From a virus: a stretch of 64,000 nt of DNA. Below, piece after piece: positions 57,290-64,000 of the stretch (positions are counted from its first letter, which is position 1; every line of letters starts with the position of its first letter). The stretch is taken from positions 1-64,000 of the IMG/VR virus record IMGVR_UViG_3300037258_001185. One strand, given 5' to 3'. Both the position numbers and the translations under genes were made by a program. The notes beneath the pieces are model-generated. The model had not been told where the DNA came from, did not search any database, and was given only the letters and a program-made list of their open reading frames with translations.

Positions 57290-57865
57290 ATGGCCGACAT
57301 GACCCTGGTCGTTCCTCCCGGCGCCCTCGGCTTCCCGATCAGCTACGGTACGCAAGCCTACCAGCCCTATCGGGAAGACCACACCAACCCCAGCGGCCGC
57401 TGGCTGATCGACATGCCGCCCGACGTGGCGCGCCATTTCATCGGCGTAGGAGGTTTCATCGTGGCAGACAGGATCGCGCCGTCGGCGGCGCGCGCGAAGA
57501 TTTCGATCATCCGCATGTTCCATCCCAAGGGCGGCAGCGCCGACGACTACCCGGTCGATCAGGACGGATTCTTGCTGGTGCCGAACGGCCCGGACGTGGC
57601 CGCCATGCGCTCGCACGGCTTCAAGATCGAGGGCGAGGAACCCGCGCCCGCGCCGCCGCCGCAGATGGTGCCGCTTGAAGATCACCAGCGCGCGGTCGAC
57701 CATATCAATGCGCTTGGCGAAACGATCCGTGAACGCGATCGCGACGCGAAGATGGCGCGCGACCAGCTCGACGCCAATCAGGGCGAGATCACTGAGTTGC
57801 GGGAGAAGCTCGCGGCGGCCGAAAAGGCCCTCGCCGAGGCAACGAAGCCTCCGCCGGCGGCGTAG
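57290..57865 (+). CDS. hypothetical protein
   Basis: GGAGGA RBS; C-terminal coiled coil. Confidence 0.6.
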   Translation: MADMTLVVPPGALGFPISYGTQAYQPYREDHTNPSGRWLIDMPPDVARHFIGVGGFIVADRIAPSAARAKISIIRMFHPKGGSADDYPVDQDGFLLVPNGPDVAAMRSHGFKIEGEEPAPAPPPQMVPLEDHQRAVDHINALGETIRERDRDAKMARDQLDANQGEITELREKLAAAEKALAEATKPPPAA

Positions 57866-57868
57866 CGA

Positions 57869-58717
57869 ATGCCCCTCAACCTGACCACGCTGGCAAATGC
57901 CGAGGCGTGGATCGGGGATTTGACGCCCGGCGACAGCGCGGCCACGGACGCGCTGATCAATCGCCTGATCACCGCCGCATCCGGCCTGATCCTGTCATTC
58001 GTGAACCGGCCGACCCTGCTGCCGCAGACCTACACGGAGACGCGCGACGGCACTGGCGGCCCGCGGCTGATGCTGCGGAACTGGCCGGTGACCGCGGTCG
58101 CGGCGGTGACGATCGGCGGCACGGCGATCCTGGCCGGTTCCTATTCCGGCCAGCCCACGACGAACGGCTGGGCCGGCTATTTCTTCTCGGGCTGGGACGG
58201 CATGCCGCCCGGCAGGCGCGTCAACCTCGAGCTCAACGGCCAGCGCTTCTGCCGCGGCATCCAGAACGTGTCGGTCACCTACACGGCCGGCTATCTGGTC
58301 GACAATGAAGCGGGCACGGTCGATGGCGCCGCGGATCCGGCCAATTCTGTAACGGTGCAGGCGCCCTACGGTTCGTGGGGCTCCGACCAGGGCGTCACCT
58401 ATGCCAACGGCACGCCGCTGGTCGCGGTGAAGGCGGCGCCCTCCGCCGGCCAGTACCAGCTCGACACGACGCCGGGCATCTACGTCTTCAACGCGGCCGA
58501 CGCTGGCGCGGACGTCCTGATCAGTTACGGCTTCGTCCCCGCGGTGATCGAGGAAGCGTGCGTTCAGATGGTCGCCGAGCGCTACAGCTACCGCGCCCGG
58601 GTCGGATCGCGCTCCAAGACCCTCGGAGGCCTGGAAACCATGTCCTACGACCGCAGCCCGATCCCGCCCGAGGTGACGGCGATGCTGCGGTCCTATTGCT
58701 CGGTCGCGCCGGTCTGA
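57869..58717 (+). CDS. head-tail adaptor (gp6-like)
   Basis: LTTLA....W, D.L..RLI.AAS, NV.V.YTAG, P..IE.AC. Confidence 0.75.
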   Translation: MPLNLTTLANAEAWIGDLTPGDSAATDALINRLITAASGLILSFVNRPTLLPQTYTETRDGTGGPRLMLRNWPVTAVAAVTIGGTAILAGSYSGQPTTNGWAGYFFSGWDGMPPGRRVNLELNGQRFCRGIQNVSVTYTAGYLVDNEAGTVDGAADPANSVTVQAPYGSWGSDQGVTYANGTPLVAVKAAPSAGQYQLDTTPGIYVFNAADAGADVLISYGFVPAVIEEACVQMVAERYSYRARVGSRSKTLGGLETMSYDRSPIPPEVTAMLRSYCSVAPV

Positions 58718-59226
58718 TGGTGCACGTCGAGATCAGCGTCACTGGCGACACCGAGGTCGCCGGCTATTTCGGCGCGCTCCCCGAAGAGTTGCGCCTGGCG
58801 ATCGCGAAGAAGGTCGCCGACTTCACCGGCCAGCTTTGGGACAAGATCGTCAACCAGAACCTGAACGGCGTCATCTTGCAGCGCCGCAGCGGCAAGCTGG
58901 CGGACTCGATCAAGTCCAAGGTCGACGACAAGGGCGACGTTATCACCGGCACGGTTTTTTCGGACGGCAGCGCGCCCTACGCCGCAATTCAGGAGTATGG
59001 CGGCAAGACATCGCCGCACGACATTGTTCCGGATAAGGCGAAGGCGCTGCATTTCCTGATGGGCGGCAAAGACACCTTTGCGACCATCGTGCACCACCCA
59101 GGCTCGACAATCCCGGCGCACGCGTTCATGCGCTCAGCTCTCGCTGACATGGTGCCGGTCATCGAAGAGGGTTTCCGGGAGGCGGTGGCCAGAGCCGTCG
59201 CGGACCGGCCCGTGCCGACGGAGTAA
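58717..59226 (+). CDS. neck / tail completion protein (HK97 gp10-like)
   Basis: RSG.L..SI, PYA.I.EYG, HPG..IP...FMR. Confidence 0.75.
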   Translation: MVHVEISVTGDTEVAGYFGALPEELRLAIAKKVADFTGQLWDKIVNQNLNGVILQRRSGKLADSIKSKVDDKGDVITGTVFSDGSAPYAAIQEYGGKTSPHDIVPDKAKALHFLMGGKDTFATIVHHPGSTIPAHAFMRSALADMVPVIEEGFREAVARAVADRPVPTE

Positions 59227-59230
59227 ACGC

Positions 59231-59692
59231 ATGGCCACCCGCGAAGATGTCCTGAACGCCCTGGTGACAAAACTCCAGGGCATGACCTTTGCGGCGCCGA
59301 TCAACGGCAAGACAACATGGGTCGGCACCGTAGGACGCCGCATCAAGCTGTGGGGCAACGTGCCGCCCGACCGCCGGCCGGCCGCCTTCCTGGTCGAGCG
59401 CGGCGAGCGCGACGAGCGCCGTCATCTGGGCACGCCGCCGCTGCGCACGCTGACGCCGCGACTGGTCGCCTACACCAGCGTCAAGGATCAAACGCAGATC
59501 GGCGGAACGCACCTCAACCTGATCCTCGAGTCGCTTGAAGCGGCGCTGACGCCGGACAATTGGGGCCGCGGCACGCTGACCCTGGCTGGCGAATCCTACT
59601 TCGTGCGGATCGAAGGCGAAATCTTCAAGGATGCTGGCGATCTCGACGGCGACGCGATGCTCGTCGTGCCGATCGCCATCCAGATGCCGTAA
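59231..59692 (+). CDS. putative tail terminator
   Basis: RE....AL, PA.F, TL.G; position before the tail tube. Confidence 0.65.
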   Translation: MATREDVLNALVTKLQGMTFAAPINGKTTWVGTVGRRIKLWGNVPPDRRPAAFLVERGERDERRHLGTPPLRTLTPRLVAYTSVKDQTQIGGTHLNLILESLEAALTPDNWGRGTLTLAGESYFVRIEGEIFKDAGDLDGDAMLVVPIAIQMP

Positions 59693-59708
59693 CCCGGAGA
59701 AGACCGAC

Positions 59709-59963
59709 ATGGATGATTTGCGGGCGCCCATCGAAGCAATTGCCGACGCAACGAACGAGGCCGCGCTCGGCGCGCCTGAAGCGCCTGCCGCCGCGCCAGC
59801 GACGCCTCCCGCGGTGCCGGCCATCAATCTGGAGATGCTGGTCGAGGATTGGTGGCGCGAGCATTTCCCCGGCTCAGCCGTCGGCCGCTTCACCGATGGG
59901 TGGAACGTCGCTCTGAAGGCGAAGGACGAACTGAAGAAGCGGCTTGTGGCCGCCCTCAGCTAA
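59709..59963 (+). CDS. hypothetical protein
   Basis: GGAG RBS; WW.EHF.GS. Confidence 0.6.
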   Translation: MDDLRAPIEAIADATNEAALGAPEAPAAAPATPPAVPAINLEMLVEDWWREHFPGSAVGRFTDGWNVALKAKDELKKRLVAALS

Positions 59964-60053
59964 CCGCAGACGCCCCTTCAAAACGCGCTTTGGGGCAAGC
60001 GCGCCCGCGACCGTCGGATGACAGGCCGCATTCCCTCTTGATGGAGCCCCAAC

Positions 60054-60803
60054 ATGCAAGTCGGGTTCAGTGCAGGCGCGGCCTTTGGCCAGCGCACCGA
60101 TGTCTCGGCCGTCAGCCCCGACCAGTTCGCCCTGCTTCAGAGCGTGAGCGTCGATTTCGACTTCAGCCTGAAGGAGCTGTACGGCGAATATCAGTTCCCG
60201 CCGGTCATCGCTCGCGGGCAGGCCAAGGTCAGCGGCAAGATCAGCTTCGCGCGGATCTTCGGCGCGATCTATGCCGACCTGTTCTTCGGCGAGACCGCGG
60301 CGATTGGCGCCGGGCTCGTCGCGATCGAGAACGAATTCGGCACGATCCCGGGCAGCTCGACCTATATCGTCACGGTTGCCAATTCGGCGACCTGGACGGA
60401 AGACCTCGGCGTCTACTACGCGGCGACCGGGAAGCGACTGGCTCAGGTCGCCTCCGGGCCGACGGCCGGCCAATACAGCGTCGCCGCCGGCGTCTATACC
60501 TTCGCTGCCGCCGACGCCAGCCTCGGGGTGAATATCAGCTACCTCTACAACGCGGCGTCGGGCCAGGTGAAATTCACGATCAACAATCACTTGATGGGCG
60601 TCACGCCGACCTGGAAGGGCGTCTTCTACAATCCGGGCGTGGTCATGGGCGCCGCCAACGGCCGGACCCTTGTTCTCAACCGCTGCGTGTCGAGCAAGCT
60701 GTCGATCCCCGACAAGATCGACGACTTCCAGATGAACGAGATGGATTTCTCGGCCTTCGCGGACGACAGCGGCGTCATCGGCACCTGGACCTCGGTGGAG
60801 TAG
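60054..60803 (+). CDS. major tail (tube) protein
   Basis: LQ.VSVD.....KELYG..QFP...ARG. Confidence 0.75.
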   Translation: MQVGFSAGAAFGQRTDVSAVSPDQFALLQSVSVDFDFSLKELYGEYQFPPVIARGQAKVSGKISFARIFGAIYADLFFGETAAIGAGLVAIENEFGTIPGSSTYIVTVANSATWTEDLGVYYAATGKRLAQVASGPTAGQYSVAAGVYTFAAADASLGVNISYLYNAASGQVKFTINNHLMGVTPTWKGVFYNPGVVMGAANGRTLVLNRCVSSKLSIPDKIDDFQMNEMDFSAFADDSGVIGTWTSVE

Positions 60804-60806
60804 AGC

Positions 60807-61088
60807 ATGGCAGACCTGATCACACTCGGCGACCGGACGTACGAATTCCGCAAGCTGAAGCTCGGCGAGTTGCGCGCGGTGCAGGCGGCGCTGCGCGCCG
60901 ACGCCGAGGACTCGATCGGCTATGCGGCTGGGATCATCGCGGCCGCGTTGCCGGATCACAACCTCACCCCAGAGGCGCTCGACGGCCTGGAGGCGCTGCG
61001 GTACGAGATCGATGACGCGGCGACAAAGCTTCTCAAGCTGACCGGGTTTCAGCGGTCGGGGGAAGTGGAGCCGCAGCCGGCAGCCTAG
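60807..61088 (+). CDS. tail assembly chaperone (G-like)
   Basis: between tube and tape measure genes; TCG GGG GAA near its end. Confidence 0.75.
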   Translation: MADLITLGDRTYEFRKLKLGELRAVQAALRADAEDSIGYAAGIIAAALPDHNLTPEALDGLEALRYEIDDAATKLLKLTGFQRSGEVEPQPAA

Positions 61089-61438
61089 CCGATATCTACT
61101 CGGCGCTGGCAACCGGCTGCGGCATGTCTCACCGTCAGATCGACGAGCTCTATCTCGACGAGGCGCAAGAGACCTTCGCCTATTGGGAGCGCAACCCGCC
61201 GACCTACCAGATGGTCAGCATCATCGCTCAGATGCTCGGCTGGAAGCGCCCTGTCGGAGAAGCGCCGCCGCTGCCGACGTTGACAGCCGCCGAGGCGGCG
61301 GCGATCGGCAAAGCCGCCGGGCTGCCGGGCCCGGTTGCCACCAGCTTCGAGGACATGAAGGCCCGCAACCTGGCGCGCATGGTCGAGATCGCCAAGCGCA
61401 ACGCGGCCAAGGGCCTCAGTACTGGATCCCCACCATGA
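61061..61438 (+). CDS. tail assembly chaperone frameshift extension (T-like)
   Basis: the -1 frame at GGGGGAA (61058-61064) is open and in phase with ORF 61124-61438. Confidence 0.65.
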   Translation, partial: GSGAAAGSLADIYSALATGCGMSHRQIDELYLDEAQETFAYWERNPPTYQMVSIIAQMLGWKRPVGEAPPLPTLTAAEAAAIGKAAGLPGPVATSFEDMKARNLARMVEIAKRNAAKGLSTGSPP

Positions 61439-61847
61439 CGCCGTCGCGGAAATAGACGTAGATCGCATCGGCGCCCCCGCCTCGGATCACGTAGGCGCAA
61501 TCGCTGTCGCTGCTGGGATAGATCCACTGCTGGACCGCCTGGCCCGAAACGACACTGATGTTGGTTTTGGCCGGACGCCCAAGCATCGAGTTCCGAACCT
61601 GATCTTCGGTCATCCCGTCGTGCGGGAGCTGCGACACGCATTGCTGGCGAGATGGCAGCACGGGCGCCGTCGCCGGACGCGCATGGAACACACCGCGCGC
61701 GCGCTCCCGGAGTTCGGCGCCCATGCGCTTCTCCGCAGCGATTAGCGCGTCAATCGACTGCGGCTCAGCCGACATAGTTGGCCGGGCCGCCAATAGCGCC
61801 AGCGCCAGCGCGCCGATCGTGACTCGCGTTCCCTGCCTCATGGGCAT
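61416..61847 (-). CDS. exported moron protein (SmpA/OmlA-like fold possible)
   Basis: signal-peptide-like N-terminus; GMT..QV....G.P, QWIY, YVYF.DG. Confidence 0.6.
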   Translation of the reverse strand: MPMRQGTRVTIGALALALLAARPTMSAEPQSIDALIAAEKRMGAELRERARGVFHARPATAPVLPSRQQCVSQLPHDGMTEDQVRNSMLGRPAKTNISVVSGQAVQQWIYPSSDSDCAYVIRGGGADAIYVYFRDGVMVGIQY

Positions 61848-61867
61848 CAATCGTATCAGGAGGTGCC

Positions 61868-64000
61868 ATGCCTGAGAACATCGGCGTCTCGATTGGTGCA
61901 GACAGTTCCAAGCTGCGCGCCGACCTGGCGATCGCCCAGGCGCAGGTGCGCGCGTTTGGCGCCGAGCTGCGCAAGGCGGCATCATCGTCGCTGTCCGGCG
62001 GCGATGTCAGCGGCCTGCAGAAGATGGCCGCGGCGACGCAGGCGGCCGAGCAGAACGTCAAGCGGCTCCGCTCCACGCTGAACAGCGGCGGTTCCTCGCC
62101 GTTCGGCAAGACGATCAAAGACATGAAGATGCTCGGCGAAGGGGTCGAGAAGGGCCTGACCGCGATCACCTCGATGCGCGGCGCCTTCCGCGAGCTGGGC
62201 GAGACGGTCGGTGTCGCCTTCGCGGCCGAAAAGATCATTGAATGGACCGCCGCGGCAGCCGAGGGCGCCGAGACGATCAAGAACCTTGCACTCGCCACCG
62301 GCATCTCGGCGCAGGAGTTTGCGCAGTTCTCGGCAGCGGAGAAGCTCGTCGGCGGCAATGCCGAGGCGGCGGCGCGGTCGATGATCACGCTGCGCCAGAA
62401 GATGCAACAGGCCGTCGAACAACCGGATTCGGGCGCAATGGACGCCTTCGGCCACCTCGGCCTATCGGTGACAGAGGTGAAGGCCGGGCTGACGGATCTC
62501 TTCCCTTTCATGCGGCGGTTGATCGCACTTTACGGAGAGTTCTCCGCAAGCCAGCAACACGCCGCGGATTTCGCTCAACTCTTCGGGTCGCGCGGCTTGG
62601 TCCAAATCGCCCGGCTGAGCGAGGGACTTGACGAGCTGATCAAGAAGGGCACGGACCTCGGGATGGTCCCTTCCCCGGAGATGCTCGACAACCTCGACAA
62701 GACTGCTGGCAAAATCCACGAGCTCGGCGGCGCATGGGAGGGGTTCAAGAACGAGGTCGCCAACAGCGGCGTATTCACGGCTCCGCTCGAAAACTTGACC
62801 GACCTTCTACAGAAGCTTCGCGGCGCAAGATCATGGCTGGCGGCCGCCCCTGGCCAGAAACAAATGTCGGTAGCCGACGTCGCCGCCTTCACTGGCCACG
62901 CTGCTGTTCCGGATATGGCCGTTGTGGGCGCCGGCAAGTCGGCGGCCTACGCGACGCTGCCGCCGCCAATCCCGGACTTGCCGTTCAGCATGCGCTCCGG
63001 TGTACGCACCGATGCCGGCCAGGAAACCGCCATCGCCGACATCATCGCCCATGCTGCGGCGACCCTGCCGCAAGGCTACCGGGTTGAGATGACCTCGGGA
63101 TATCGGCCGCAGGGGTCAAATTCGCCGGTCGGGAAAAACTCGCAGCACACGCTCGGGTTGGCCGGCGACTTCGCAATCATCGGCCCCAATGGCCAGATCC
63201 CGAACGAGGGTGCCGACACGACCGGCATGTACGGCAATCTATCCACCGCGGCGCAGGCCTACCAGAAGAGCACATACCCGCAGTTTTCACCCTATTGGCG
63301 ATGGGGCGGCCAATTCGGCGCCAACGGGGGACCGGCCGGTCCCGGCTCGCCCGCTGACCTGATGCACTTTGACCTGCGCGGCTATTCGGCAAGCGCACCG
63401 GCGGCGCAGCCGATGCCGAGCGACTACACCACCGGGGCCGCGAAGAAGCGCTATGACGCCGACATGGAAAAGCGCCAGTCGGCGGCCGAGGAAATCCACG
63501 ATCAACAGGCGTTGCTCGCGATCGCCAAGGAACGCGCCGATTTCGAGAAGAAGACGCCGGATCAACAACACACATTCTTGGCCCAGAAATACCCTTACGG
63601 CAGCGCCGAAAACACGGCGGGCGCCGCTGGCGCGAAGGCAGACACCGAGGTCCACAAGACCGAGGTCGCCGCGCAGCAATACGAGATCAGGACGCGGCTC
63701 GCTCAGCTCGACATGCAGCAGGACGAGGCGCGCCGCCGCAGCGACCTCGCTACGGTCGCCCAGATCGAGCAGCAGAAAACCGCCATCATCCAGGCGAACA
63801 GCTCGGCGACCGCGGCCGAGAAGATCCAGGCCGAGAGCCGGGTCCGCGCGGCGCAGTTGGAGACGGCGCAACAGGCCTTCAACCTGGCCGAGCAGGGGAC
63901 GGCGGCGCAGCAGCACGCCGACGCCGACATCGAGAAAGGCTTCGCGGCGCGCCAGAACGCGCTCGTCACGCGCGGCGCGATCACGCCGCAACAGGGCACC
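61868..64000 (+). CDS. tape measure protein with embedded M15-like peptidase domain (truncated by window end)
   Basis: GGAGG RBS; MPENIGVSIGAD, Ala-rich helical; in-frame TSGYR...SQH..G.A.D...WGG.F...D.MHFD at about 63070-63380. Confidence 0.8.
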   Translation, partial: MPENIGVSIGADSSKLRADLAIAQAQVRAFGAELRKAASSSLSGGDVSGLQKMAAATQAAEQNVKRLRSTLNSGGSSPFGKTIKDMKMLGEGVEKGLTAITSMRGAFRELGETVGVAFAAEKIIEWTAAAAEGAETIKNLALATGISAQEFAQFSAAEKLVGGNAEAAARSMITLRQKMQQAVEQPDSGAMDAFGHLGLSVTEVKAGLTDLFPFMRRLIALYGEFSASQQHAADFAQLFGSRGLVQIARLSEGLDELIKKGTDLGMVPSPEMLDNLDKTAGKIHELGGAWEGFKNEVANSGVFTAPLENLTDLLQKLRGARSWLAAAPGQKQMSVADVAAFTGHAAVPDMAVVGAGKSAAYATLPPPIPDLPFSMRSGVRTDAGQETAIADIIAHAAATLPQGYRVEMTSGYRPQGSNSPVGKNSQHTLGLAGDFAIIGPNGQIPNEGADTTGMYGNLSTAAQAYQKSTYPQFSPYWRWGGQFGANGGPAGPGSPADLMHFDLRGYSASAPAAQPMPSDYTTGAAKKRYDADMEKRQSAAEEIHDQQALLAIAKERADFEKKTPDQQHTFLAQKYPYGSAENTAGAAGAKADTEVHKTEVAAQQYEIRTRLAQLDMQQDEARRRSDLATVAQIEQQKTAIIQANSSATAAEKIQAESRVRAAQLETAQQAFNLAEQGTAAQQHADADIEKGFAARQNALVTRGAITPQQGT

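Noticed and set aside
52605-57290. 1561-aa minus-strand ORF and other long antisense ORFs (e.g. 35164-37380, 51051-52592)
   Set aside because: Shadow frames of GC-rich genes on the opposite strand with no recognisable motifs.

Overview
The whole window looks like part of a GC-rich temperate siphophage or prophage, probably of an alphaproteobacterial host (inferred from GapR/DUF2312-, MmcB- and DnaA-C-like genes). Layout: a leftward early arm (1-15.2 kb: nucleotide metabolism, RecE/RecT-like recombination, AAA ATPase); a lambda-like CI/Cro switch with four matching operators (15.2-16.4 kb); a rightward arm with methyltransferases, replication genes, ssb, a Cre-like recombinase and nucleotide-processing enzymes (17-31.8 kb); an accessory region with leftward cassettes driven by four copies of one promoter (32-48.8 kb); and terminase, portal, head, tail and a truncated tape measure gene (49.1-64 kb). 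The main finding is a putative RNA-guided TIGR-Tas-like system at 7.1-9.3 kb. It consists of a nuclease-less IS110/Nop-domain protein and eight stem-enclosed dual-spacer units (CCN-9nt-TGCC-GNRA-GGCCN-9nt-TG) plus one single-spacer unit, all written inside protein-coding sequence. It is translationally coupled to an apparently inactive paralog of the phage's own terminase ATPase domain. All calls come from reading motifs by eye; no database searches were run.
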